This document shows positions 50,462-60,268 of a DNA stretch of 64,000 nt, one piece after another. Location of the stretch: positions 64,001 through 128,000 of the IMG/VR virus record IMGVR_UViG_3300047462_000154. One strand, given 5' to 3'. The notes beneath the pieces are model-generated. The model was not told the DNA's origin. It saw only the letters and a list, made by a program, of their open reading frames with translations, and did not search any database. Position 1 is the first letter of the stretch, and every line of letters begins with the position of its first letter. The position numbers and the translations under genes are program-made. The stretch comes from a virus.

Positions 50462-51466
50462 ATGAAATTAAATAAGGAACGAGAAAAAAATATATCTTAT
50501 GAAATTTTAATTACTTTTTTGGATTATAGTCCAGAAACGGGGGAGTTTGTTTGGAAAAAAAGATTACAAGATAAATCTGGTTTCAATAAAAAATATGCTG
50601 GAAAAAAAGCTGGTAGTATTTCAGATTATGGATATTTAACAATACGTTTATTTAAATCAACGTGGTTTGCTCATAGACTTGCTTGGGTTTTTGCGTATAA
50701 AAAATTTCCTGAAAATACAATTGACCATATCAACAATATCAGATTGGACAATAGAATTTCTAATTTAAGAGATGTTTCAGTGTTAGAAAATAATAACAAT
50801 GCAAAATTACCATCATCTGGACACAAATGGATTTACGAAGATACATATGGTTATGAAATTAGATATAAAACAAAAAATGTTGGATGGTCTAAAACTTTAG
50901 AAGAAGCTAAAAATATTCTTGAAAATTATTTAAAAAATATTCCAAAACAAGATATAGAAGAACTTGAAAAAGTTAGAAAAATAAAAAATGAAAAAAGACA
51001 AGAAAAAATCTCACGAGAAAATTTATTAGAAAGATATTTTTATGAAAAAGAAACGGGGAAATGGTATTTTAAAAAAAATGGCAAATTGCTCAAAGGCAAC
51101 ATAACAACTGCTGGTTATAATGTTATTCACATAGATGAAAAACCATATTTTTCTCACATTTTAGCTTGGTATTATATGACTGGAGAATGGTCAAATCCAC
51201 CAGGATTTGTAATTGACCATATAAATTGTAACAGAGCAGATAATAGATTTGAAAATTTAAGAAAAATTTCTCATTCTGAAAATTCTTTTAATACAAAATC
51301 TAAAAATGAATTTACTGGAGTTTTCTATAAAAACAATAATTGGGCTTTTCAAATTAGTATAAACAAAAAAAGAATTAGAAAACAAGGTTTCAAAACAAAA
51401 GAAGAAGCAAGAGATACAAGAAATGCTTTAATTTTAGAAAATGGATGGATTAACAATGGTTGCTAA
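50462..51466 (+). CDS. free-standing homing endonuclease with two HNH modules
   Basis: AHRLAW..IDHINNIRLDNRISNLR and SHILAW..IDHINCNRADNRFENLR, each followed by an AP2-like segment. Confidence 0.85.
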   Translation: MKLNKEREKNISYEILITFLDYSPETGEFVWKKRLQDKSGFNKKYAGKKAGSISDYGYLTIRLFKSTWFAHRLAWVFAYKKFPENTIDHINNIRLDNRISNLRDVSVLENNNNAKLPSSGHKWIYEDTYGYEIRYKTKNVGWSKTLEEAKNILENYLKNIPKQDIEELEKVRKIKNEKRQEKISRENLLERYFYEKETGKWYFKKNGKLLKGNITTAGYNVIHIDEKPYFSHILAWYYMTGEWSNPPGFVIDHINCNRADNRFENLRKISHSENSFNTKSKNEFTGVFYKNNNWAFQISINKKRIRKQGFKTKEEARDTRNALILENGWINNGC

Positions 51467-53591
51467 TAGTAGAGTGCCAAGAGGATATAATACCACTTCT
51501 GATTCAATGAAAATTAGAAATAATTCGATTTATTTGGGTTTCATTAAAGAAAATTCTGATGCACAACGCATGGGGCGCTTAAAAGTTTGGATTCCAGAAT
51601 TAGGTTCTTCATCTGCTGATGACCCAAATGGGTGGATTATTGTTTCATATGCAAGCATGTTTGCTGGTGCAACAAATCCAGCAGATGTTAATGGTTCATC
51701 ACAAACAATGTCTGGTTCACAACAATCTTATGGTTGGTGGGGAATTCCGCCAGATATTAATAACCAAGTATTGGTTTGTTTTGTTAATGGTGAAATATCA
51801 AGAGGATATTGGTTTGCATGTGTTTATCAACAAAACATGAACCATATGATTCCTGGAATTGCTTGTAATATTCCTACAACACAAACTGCTGGCAATACAT
51901 ATCTTCCACCTGTTGTTGAATATAATAAAATAAATCAAACAGACCCAGATAATCCGAGAAGACCGCCATTCACGCCATTGGCAAATGGACTGGTTACAGA
52001 GGGGCTACAGGCTGACCCTGAACGCGGACCATCATCTACGTCAGCAAGAAGGGAAGCCCCTTCAGCGGTCTTTGGATACCTTACACCACGTGGCAATACA
52101 ATTCATGTTGATGATAATCCAGAAAATGAATTTATTAGATTAAGAACAAGAAGTGGGACACAAATTTTAATCGATGAAACCACTGGTATGGTTTATATAA
52201 ATTCTAAATTAGGTAATGCTTGGTTAGAAGTTTCTGATGCTGGTGTAGATGTATATTCAGCAAATTCTGTATCTATTCGTGCACAACAAGATTTTAATGT
52301 AAGAGCCGATAGAAATATTATTTTTGATGCTGGTGGAAGTATTTTATTAAAAGCTGCACAAGATGTTAATATCCAATCAGCGAATGATATTGTTCTTGGT
52401 TCTGGAAATCAATTGGTATTATCATCTGTGAACAATACAAGTTTAACGGTTGGTTCTGATTTTAATTTAAGTGTAAGTGGGGATTTTGCAACACAAACAG
52501 GTGGTAATTTAACAGAAAGTGTTGGTGCTGATATTGTAAGAAATGCAATTAATATTTTAGATAATTCTGGTAATGCACCAAATGTAAATCCAAATGTTGC
52601 GGTTGTGCCTCAACCAAAGAATTTACCAGATATTCAATCAGGAGCATTATCAACTTTAGAAAGCATTGTTAGTAGAATGCCTACACACGAACCAGCGTCT
52701 TCAGTGCATCCAGCATTTGGTGTGCCATTAACATCTGGTGAAGCAGATTTTCCACCAAATCAAGGACAAGGTTCGGCTGGTGGTGCAACAGGAACAGTAA
52801 CTAAAACTGTTGCAACCGGAACTGGCAATCAAAATATCAAAACAAATTTGGCAGCGGGATGCCAAAGCGGAGTATCAACTGTACCTGTTCCAACAGAATC
52901 TTGGAATGCTATTAAAGCAGGCAGTGCAGCATCGGGTGCAGATTTTGGAACCATGGCTGCTATTGCACAAGTAGAATCTGGTTTTCAACCTAATGCATAT
53001 AATCCTTCAAGTGCCACTGGAATGTTTCAATTTGAAGGAAGAACATGGACCGAAATGGTAACTAAGTATGGAAGTCAATATAATTTATCAGAAGGTAATA
53101 TTACAGACCCAGTAGCAAACGCCACTGCTGGTGGTTTATATGCAAATCAAAATGCACAAACTTTGTCTAATAATGGTGTTGCAAATTCTTCATCTGCTGG
53201 GAATCTGTACCTTAGTCATTTACTCGGTCCTGGCGGCGCAACAACAGTTATTGATGCTGTTGCGACAAATCCAAATGCACCTATTTCAAGTTTACCATCT
53301 GGAACATACAATAATATTCAAAACAACCCGTCTTGGCTCAACGGTAACCAATCGGGAGTTAATTTAGGCAGTGACCCAACCGTTGGTGATTATTATAATA
53401 ACTTAACAGGGCATATGAATGCATTAGCATCTGCTTATGATTCCCAAGCTGGATTGCCAGCACCATGCGATAGACAAAACTCAACATCAACAAGTGGAAC
53501 AACTGGCGCATCTACAAATTCAACCACTTCTGCTACTGGTGCATCATCTACTGGTGCAGCAATTGGAGTTTTAGGAAGCGGAGACCAATGA
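51441..53591 (+). CDS. gp5/VgrG-like baseplate spike with C-terminal lytic transglycosylase
   Basis: D...GRLKVWIP, PPD....VLV.F.NG, IRLRTRSG.QIL; SLT AQVESGF.P.A...SATGMFQF...TW, LYL.H.LG. Confidence 0.85.
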   Translation: MDGLTMVANSRVPRGYNTTSDSMKIRNNSIYLGFIKENSDAQRMGRLKVWIPELGSSSADDPNGWIIVSYASMFAGATNPADVNGSSQTMSGSQQSYGWWGIPPDINNQVLVCFVNGEISRGYWFACVYQQNMNHMIPGIACNIPTTQTAGNTYLPPVVEYNKINQTDPDNPRRPPFTPLANGLVTEGLQADPERGPSSTSARREAPSAVFGYLTPRGNTIHVDDNPENEFIRLRTRSGTQILIDETTGMVYINSKLGNAWLEVSDAGVDVYSANSVSIRAQQDFNVRADRNIIFDAGGSILLKAAQDVNIQSANDIVLGSGNQLVLSSVNNTSLTVGSDFNLSVSGDFATQTGGNLTESVGADIVRNAINILDNSGNAPNVNPNVAVVPQPKNLPDIQSGALSTLESIVSRMPTHEPASSVHPAFGVPLTSGEADFPPNQGQGSAGGATGTVTKTVATGTGNQNIKTNLAAGCQSGVSTVPVPTESWNAIKAGSAASGADFGTMAAIAQVESGFQPNAYNPSSATGMFQFEGRTWTEMVTKYGSQYNLSEGNITDPVANATAGGLYANQNAQTLSNNGVANSSSAGNLYLSHLLGPGGATTVIDAVATNPNAPISSLPSGTYNNIQNNPSWLNGNQSGVNLGSDPTVGDYYNNLTGHMNALASAYDSQAGLPAPCDRQNSTSTSGTTGASTNSTTSATGASSTGAAIGVLGSGDQ

Positions 53592-53602
53592 ATATGAATT
53601 TA

Positions 53603-54892
53603 TTAATCATCGCTTGACGCTAATTCTTCGGCTTTTGGAATTACGTTTTTGACCATATTTTGAATTTTTTTAGTATATTTATTTCCAGTAGAATCATATG
53701 CAACCAATGTTCTTGCTAACAATATTGGATTTAATTCATCACCATGTTTTCTCATATAATATCTTGCTTGTCTAAATTTTTTATAAGCAGGATTTGTATT
53801 TAAATTATGCATATAAGCTTGAACAGATTGATTTATATTTGCATAAGATGCAAAATCATTTGAATCTCTTGAAGCTTTTTGACCAAATAAAGAATGATTA
53901 TTTACAGCAAATTTAGAACTGCCCCATCCGCTTTCTAATGCGGCTTGTGATAATGTTAAAACTGTTGGAATTACATCAACTCTTGATAATAATTCCTTGA
54001 TATCATTTGACCCATATTTTTTGGATATTAATTGAAATTTTGCTGTTTGATGATTATCTAGATTTGACTTATTTTCAATATGGATAAGAAAATTTCTATC
54101 TGATAAAATACTATCATTTTCTTTATCGATTAGGGGTTTTATTTTAAGAATGAATGCTTTTTTGATTTGTTCTGGAGTTTGTTGCACTGTATTCGATTGA
54201 TTTGGTTTTTCGCTTTGCATCATGGTATCTAATGTATTGATTGATGGTGCATCGCCTTCATCGGAAGTATGGGCAACAGCGTGATGTAAAACTGGTGCTG
54301 GTGGATTGGCGAATTTGTATAATGAATTACCACCCATACCTAAACCTAATGCGAGTGCTGCTGAACCTAATGTTTTACCAAATGATGCTTCTTCCAAAGT
54401 TATTTGTAAATCATTATAATTTTTCCATAATACTAAAACATCACCACCATTTGGATAATTTGTAAGCATACCATCAAAATTTAACACATGTTGAAAATAT
54501 GTAGAAATTCTTGAAATTAATTTTTTTCTATCTACATTAATAATTGAATAGCCATCTGTAGCCCACCATAAAAAATTATATTTTCCTTCAACGTTTGGAA
54601 TCACAATTGAAGGAAATATGGAAAATATATTTTTTAAATCTGTGTCATTTAATTTATAATTTTTTGGTGCTATTTTTAACCAATTTGGAATAACAACTTT
54701 ATATAAATTTGGTCCATATTTTTTTGCATATTCTTTATTTTTATAAAAATATATTCCTTTTCCTAATAGAGAAAATGAATCTTCATCAACGTTAAAATAT
54801 TGAAATACAGCGTTGCTTCCATGATAAAATATTGAAGATTTTTTTATTTCTTCTAAAAATAATTCATCATCAAAAAACTCTTCAATTAACAT
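53603..54892 (-). CDS. ART-like domain fused via a hydrophobic segment to a Bax/GH73 glucosaminidase
   Basis: FYHGS...F...GKGIYF...AKKYG; AALALGLGMGG; QAALESGWGSS.FA...LFG, YM.NLNT.PAY..FR..R. Confidence 0.75.
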   Translation of the reverse strand: MLIEEFFDDELFLEEIKKSSIFYHGSNAVFQYFNVDEDSFSLLGKGIYFYKNKEYAKKYGPNLYKVVIPNWLKIAPKNYKLNDTDLKNIFSIFPSIVIPNVEGKYNFLWWATDGYSIINVDRKKLISRISTYFQHVLNFDGMLTNYPNGGDVLVLWKNYNDLQITLEEASFGKTLGSAALALGLGMGGNSLYKFANPPAPVLHHAVAHTSDEGDAPSINTLDTMMQSEKPNQSNTVQQTPEQIKKAFILKIKPLIDKENDSILSDRNFLIHIENKSNLDNHQTAKFQLISKKYGSNDIKELLSRVDVIPTVLTLSQAALESGWGSSKFAVNNHSLFGQKASRDSNDFASYANINQSVQAYMHNLNTNPAYKKFRQARYYMRKHGDELNPILLARTLVAYDSTGNKYTKKIQNMVKNVIPKAEELASSDD

Positions 54893-54914
54893 ATTAAACC
54901 CTTTATTTTATTTA

Positions 54915-55514
54915 TTAATAAAACGGGTCTGTGAAAACGTAAGTATTTCCGCGTTTCATTATATTTGATGGCGCTAGATCATCTTTCAAATCATTATTTA
55001 TCATAAAAATTGCCATTTTTTCTAACGTAGACGCCAAAGAATCAGGAACACGACTTTTATATTTTTCCAATTCTTGTAATAGAAGTTTCCTTCTATATTT
55101 TTCTGCTAAATGATTTTCTTCCATTGGTTCTAATTTATATTCTTCTATTGCAACCAAAATAGAAAATAAATTATTAATTATATAAACTTCGTCATCGTCA
55201 TTTGTTATTTCTTCTAATTTTTCCATTCTTATAGCAAGAAAATCAGAATTTATTTTTACTATTTTTCCTTTGAATACTGGAAGATTTTCATTACCAGGAT
55301 TTTGTTTACAAAAATTTAAAAATTCTAAATACGCCGAGTCATTGATATTAAATAATTTTAAAACAAATTGGTCATTTGGTTTATGATAAACGATTGAATG
55401 TCCTTTTCCGCCTGCTTTTCCACCACCGATTCTTTGATAACCAGCGTTTGCTAATTTTTCATCAGCATCTTGAAAACTGATATCGCTTTCTGTAAGAATT
55501 TCAGAAAACCGCAT
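54915..55514 (-). CDS. protein kinase-like protein
   Basis: Gly-rich loop IGGGKAGGKG..VY, VLK, MEKL, DLAPSNIM, TDP. Confidence 0.65.
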   Translation of the reverse strand: MRFSEILTESDISFQDADEKLANAGYQRIGGGKAGGKGHSIVYHKPNDQFVLKLFNINDSAYLEFLNFCKQNPGNENLPVFKGKIVKINSDFLAIRMEKLEEITNDDDEVYIINNLFSILVAIEEYKLEPMEENHLAEKYRRKLLLQELEKYKSRVPDSLASTLEKMAIFMINNDLKDDLAPSNIMKRGNTYVFTDPFY

Positions 55515-55727
55515 TTAGAATTTACCTTTTTCTTTACGACCCATAGAAATATTTTTTTGAAAACGTATATCTTTATTATTAAGGGTCCAGCATTCACCAG
55601 TTTCATTTAAAGCAACAACAAATAGTAAATCGTATTCTATACCATAATCAATTAAAAAATGTGCATAACCATCTCCCATTTGAGTTGAAACAGGAATTGG
55701 AGGATTAAGTTGTAGATGTGTTGTCAT
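55515..55727 (-). CDS. small hypothetical protein
   Basis: QLNPPIPV.T..G.G.A..LIDYG.E....TGECW. Confidence 0.7.
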   Translation of the reverse strand: MTTHLQLNPPIPVSTQMGDGYAHFLIDYGIEYDLLFVVALNETGECWTLNNKDIRFQKNISMGRKEKGKF

Positions 55728-55776
55728 AAGGATATTTATTTCTCACATATTTATTTGGGAAATAAATAAATATAAG

Positions 55777-56349
55777 ATGAAATTAACAGATTTATTTGAA
55801 TCAGATATTTGTGAATCAGTTGTGAGAATTGACCACAACGATATTAATCGTTCACCTAGAGATTTTTCAAAATCTCTAAATGTATATCATCATAATAAAG
55901 ATTGGACACATTCTGGCGCTATAGATAAAAAAATACCAAGTTTGTATAAAACAACTAAACTTACTAAGGGATTATTTGGTGGTAGTGCAAGAGACACAGC
56001 ACCTTATGTAATTCCCAGACATATCACATGGATACAATATTTTGATTCAAATAAAAATAAATCGATCGTTGTAGTCAATAAAAAAGATGAAAACGAAATT
56101 AAGAATTCTAGACCAATATTATCAACATGGGCAAAAAATAATAAATTTATTGATTTGCCTAGTGGAGAAAAACTTTCTTATGACCCTGGCAGACCAACAT
56201 CAAGAAAAATAATAAAAAATCCATTAAAATATTTAAATGATAATGGACACGAAATTATTTTTACTGATAATCTAAAAAACTATATTAAAGATTTAAAAGC
56301 ACAAGGAATCAATTTTAATATGGAAGGTGACCCTAAAGATTTTGAATAA
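55777..56349 (+). CDS. hypothetical protein, possibly head-packaged
   Basis: MKLTDLFES start; ATAAATA upstream. Confidence 0.65.
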   Translation: MKLTDLFESDICESVVRIDHNDINRSPRDFSKSLNVYHHNKDWTHSGAIDKKIPSLYKTTKLTKGLFGGSARDTAPYVIPRHITWIQYFDSNKNKSIVVVNKKDENEIKNSRPILSTWAKNNKFIDLPSGEKLSYDPGRPTSRKIIKNPLKYLNDNGHEIIFTDNLKNYIKDLKAQGINFNMEGDPKDFE

Positions 56350-56358
56350 ATTATTATT

Positions 56359-56850
56359 TTGTATGGTTTTTATTCGATAAATAAATACAAATATAATAAA
56401 GGGTTTTATAAATTGAGTGGCACTGGAATTAATAGTTATTTGAGTTTAAATAATTCATTACAAACCCAATTTGTTTTTGTTGGATTTGGTTCTGCCAATT
56501 ATTATTCAACTGGCACTTCTACATTGTATGATATTGATTTGATTAATCAGGATTTAACATATGCATTTGGGACTCGTGTTGGTGAACGAGTTATGAGACC
56601 AGATTTTGGCTGTAGAATTTGGGAATATTTTATGAATCCAATGGATGATTTTACAACTGGGCAGATTATTTCTGAAGCACAAAGAATTATTGCATTAGAC
56701 ACAAGGTTAGTTCAACAAAGTATTGACATATACGAAATACAGAACGGGATTACTGTTCAATTAACGTTGTTATATCAACCATTTAACGTAATAGGCACGT
56801 TCCAAGCAACTTTCAACGCGAACGAGAACGCATATTTTAATAGTAATTAA
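56359..56850 (+). CDS. baseplate wedge gp25-like (start probably ~56413)
   Basis: D.DLI.QDL...F.TR.GERVM.PDFGC.IW. Confidence 0.85.
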   Translation: MYGFYSINKYKYNKGFYKLSGTGINSYLSLNNSLQTQFVFVGFGSANYYSTGTSTLYDIDLINQDLTYAFGTRVGERVMRPDFGCRIWEYFMNPMDDFTTGQIISEAQRIIALDTRLVQQSIDIYEIQNGITVQLTLLYQPFNVIGTFQATFNANENAYFNSN

Positions 56851-56861
56851 GGAATAAAATT

Positions 56862-59800
56862 TTGAGTATATCGTCCCGCACGTCAGAATTATTTACTGGT
56901 GAAAATTGGCAAGTAATATATCAAGCGTTTAGTCAAATAAATTTTAATGCATCTGATGCGCCAAGTATTAATCAAGCGTTGCAGAATTATATAATTACAA
57001 ATTATCCTGAATCTTATAATGATTTTATTGCTGATTCAGAATTTATTGCGATTATTGATTTACTTTCTTGGTTAGCTGGTAATTTAGCATTTAAAACTGA
57101 TTTATCTGTTAGAGAGAATTTTTTAGAAGTTGCTCAAGCTAAAGAATCTGTATTACGTCTTGCGAGATTTTTATCTTATAATCCAAGTCGTAATATTCCA
57201 TCACAAGGTGTTTTAAAACTTGTTGCTATATCAACTAATGATGATGTTTATGATAGTTCTGGTGTTGATTTAGCGAACACGACAATATTGTGGAATAATC
57301 CTGATGACAATAATTGGTATGAACGTTTTACTGCTATTTTGAATAATGCATTTGTTAATACTAATCCTTTTGGTATTCCCATTCAAAATGGTTCAATTGG
57401 TGGTATTACGACACAAACATATCGTTTTAATTCTATTGCTTCAAAAAACAATTATGGATTTTCTGCAAGTGTAAGTGGCACAAATATGAATTTTGAAATT
57501 TGTAATGGTGATTTTACAAATGGTCAAACATTATTTGAAAGAACACCGAATCCTGCAAATGCGTTTCAGTTTTATTATTTAAATGATGGAAATGGAAATG
57601 GTTCGTCACAAACTGGATTTTTTGTTTTATTCAAACAAGGTTCTACAAATTCTACATTATTTAATATTACAAATCCTGTTCAAAACCAATTATTGAATGT
57701 TACGACTTCGAATATTAATCAGAATGATGTTTGGGTTCAGACGGTTGATGATAGCAATAACGTTTTGATTACTTGGACGCCTGTTCCGATAATGTTGAAT
57801 GAAAATATTACTTATAATACTTTATCGACTGACCAAAGAAATATTTATTCTGTGATTACACAAGATAATGACCAAATTAATATTAGATTTTCTGATGGTA
57901 ATTTTGGTAATGCTCCTGTTGGAAATTTATTGGTAACATATCGAGTAAGTAATGGGTTGGTATATACAATTAATCCCAATGATATAAGCAACATTAATTT
58001 AAATTTGACTTATATTAATTCTGCTGGTTCTTCAAAAACATTAACTATGACATTCAGTTTGCAATCTTCTATTGCAAATTCAAGTGCTTCTGAATCTATT
58101 GCATCAATTCAACAAAATGCCCCATTGGTTTATGCAACACAGAACAGAATGGTTTCTGGTCAAGATTATAACACGTTTCCATTACAAACTAATTTGGCTG
58201 TTAAATTAAAATCATTGAATAGAGTATATTCTGGACAATCTCGTTATATTGATTTGAATGACCCTACTGGGTTTTATCAAGATTTAAGTATTTTTGCTGA
58301 TGATGGTATTATATTTTCACAAAATGCTAATGGTTATGCGGAAATACCATCATCGTTAAATTTATCTGTTACTAATTTGATTGATGATTATATTCAACCT
58401 TTGTTATCTTCACAAACTACAATTAATGCAATTCAAAATTCTTTTATTGCAAATGTTTTGAATGGAAATATTGTTCCGCCTCCTGGAATGATTTGGAATC
58501 AATCAACGGCTTCTTTATATTCGACAACTGGATGGTTTAATTTAGCATCTTATTTGATTACTGTTGGTTCTATGATTAAATTTAGTTTTAATGGTGTAAC
58601 AAAATGGGTTGGTGTTGTTTCTGTTCAAGGAGCGATTACAAATGTTCCTTTGGCTAATACTGCTGGTCCAGTTACGTTGACTACAAATGTTCCATCTACT
58701 GCTACAGTTCTTGCGATTATGCCTGCTTATGTTTCAACCTTATCTGTTGCAAATATAACGGCTATTTCAAATAATATTTCAGCAAATATTTCATTTTCTT
58801 TGATATATGATTATATTAATGGTTGGGTTGTTAGCACACCTATTCCAACAACATCTTTGACTGGTAATTTAATTTTAAATAATTCAAATCCAACATCACA
58901 ATTATATGTCATGGAAGTAGATTATGCTTCTGTTCTTTGGAGAATCAATTCAATTGGTTTAAGTTACGTTTTTGAAAGTATAACAACAGTTGAATGGTTT
59001 AATGATGGTGTAAGTGCGATTGACCAAGCAACTGGTCAATCTGCTATTGATGATACGATTAGTATTTTAAGTATTAATCCTGATGTGAATAATACGATGG
59101 GATATGCTTTAAAACAAGATTATATTTTTGATGTTGGTGATATTTGGACATATCAAACTGGATTACCAGAACCAAGAAGAACGTATATTAATTTGGCGGA
59201 TACTACTGATTCTGGTTTTATTGATAATCCAGAATCTTACATTGATTTGATTTCAAATAATATAATCGATACATATTTGTTCTGGGAAACAAATTCACAA
59301 AATTTATTAGAACCATCTTATTCTGTTTTGGTTTTCGAATATGGTTCTTTGTTAAGTTCTGCTGTGTCGTCAACAAATACAAATTATGCTCCTGCTGATG
59401 GCACTGAAGCTTTTGTTGTATATGGTGGCAGTCAATCAAATCCGATACCAACACAGAACAATACATTTTGGACATATTCTGCAAATACAAATGCTTGGAG
59501 TCAAGATTTTTCACAAACTTATGCTTATCAAATAGGACGTGGACCTAATATTGCTAGTTTATGGTTATATACCACAAATGATTTACCTTACATTAATAGT
59601 GGCAATGATTTTATGTCTGATGAACCACAAGGAAATCAGATTAAATTTCAATGGAAACATTATGCATCTTATGATGACAGGATTGACCCTGCAAGTCAGG
59701 CGATTGAGGATATGTTTGTTTTAACAACAGCATATGATAGCGCGATAAGATTATGGATATCAAATGGCGCAGACCCGACGAGCACTAAACCTGTGCCGCC

Positions 59801-60257
59801 TACTGAATTAGAATTAAGATTAGCATTTGCATCAATGGAAAATTATAAAATGTTTTCTGATGCTTTGGTATGGCATCCAGTATCTTATAAATTGTTATTT
59901 GGTAGTGCTGCTGATTTAGATTTACAAATGCAATTTAAAGTAATTCCATCTCCTGGCACGACAATGAGCAATGGAGAAATTCAAAGTTCGGTAATCAACG
60001 CAATAAACACATATTTTTCAATTCAATATTGGGATTTTGGTGATACGTTTTATTGGTCTGAATTAAGTGCATATATTCATTTACAATTAGCTGGCGTAAT
60101 TTCTAGTATTGTTGTTGTTCCATTATCCGCAAATAGCGCATTTGGTGATGGATTTGAAATTCCCTGTAATCCTAATGAGATTTTTATTAGCTGTGCCCAA
60201 GTTTCCAACGTTATTATTATAGCATCAAATACTCCTACTGCACTTCGTATTAGATAA
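56862..60257 (+). CDS. baseplate wedge gp6-like
   Basis: YPESYNDF...SEF.A.ID; ENFL..A...ESVLRLA...SYNP; F.DGNFG; TQNRMV...DY; WDFGDTFY.SEL. Confidence 0.85.
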   Translation: MSISSRTSELFTGENWQVIYQAFSQINFNASDAPSINQALQNYIITNYPESYNDFIADSEFIAIIDLLSWLAGNLAFKTDLSVRENFLEVAQAKESVLRLARFLSYNPSRNIPSQGVLKLVAISTNDDVYDSSGVDLANTTILWNNPDDNNWYERFTAILNNAFVNTNPFGIPIQNGSIGGITTQTYRFNSIASKNNYGFSASVSGTNMNFEICNGDFTNGQTLFERTPNPANAFQFYYLNDGNGNGSSQTGFFVLFKQGSTNSTLFNITNPVQNQLLNVTTSNINQNDVWVQTVDDSNNVLITWTPVPIMLNENITYNTLSTDQRNIYSVITQDNDQINIRFSDGNFGNAPVGNLLVTYRVSNGLVYTINPNDISNINLNLTYINSAGSSKTLTMTFSLQSSIANSSASESIASIQQNAPLVYATQNRMVSGQDYNTFPLQTNLAVKLKSLNRVYSGQSRYIDLNDPTGFYQDLSIFADDGIIFSQNANGYAEIPSSLNLSVTNLIDDYIQPLLSSQTTINAIQNSFIANVLNGNIVPPPGMIWNQSTASLYSTTGWFNLASYLITVGSMIKFSFNGVTKWVGVVSVQGAITNVPLANTAGPVTLTTNVPSTATVLAIMPAYVSTLSVANITAISNNISANISFSLIYDYINGWVVSTPIPTTSLTGNLILNNSNPTSQLYVMEVDYASVLWRINSIGLSYVFESITTVEWFNDGVSAIDQATGQSAIDDTISILSINPDVNNTMGYALKQDYIFDVGDIWTYQTGLPEPRRTYINLADTTDSGFIDNPESYIDLISNNIIDTYLFWETNSQNLLEPSYSVLVFEYGSLLSSAVSSTNTNYAPADGTEAFVVYGGSQSNPIPTQNNTFWTYSANTNAWSQDFSQTYAYQIGRGPNIASLWLYTTNDLPYINSGNDFMSDEPQGNQIKFQWKHYASYDDRIDPASQAIEDMFVLTTAYDSAIRLWISNGADPTSTKPVPPTELELRLAFASMENYKMFSDALVWHPVSYKLLFGSAADLDLQMQFKVIPSPGTTMSNGEIQSSVINAINTYFSIQYWDFGDTFYWSELSAYIHLQLAGVISSIVVVPLSANSAFGDGFEIPCNPNEIFISCAQVSNVIIIASNTPTALRIR

Positions 60258-60268
60258 AGAAAATTTAA

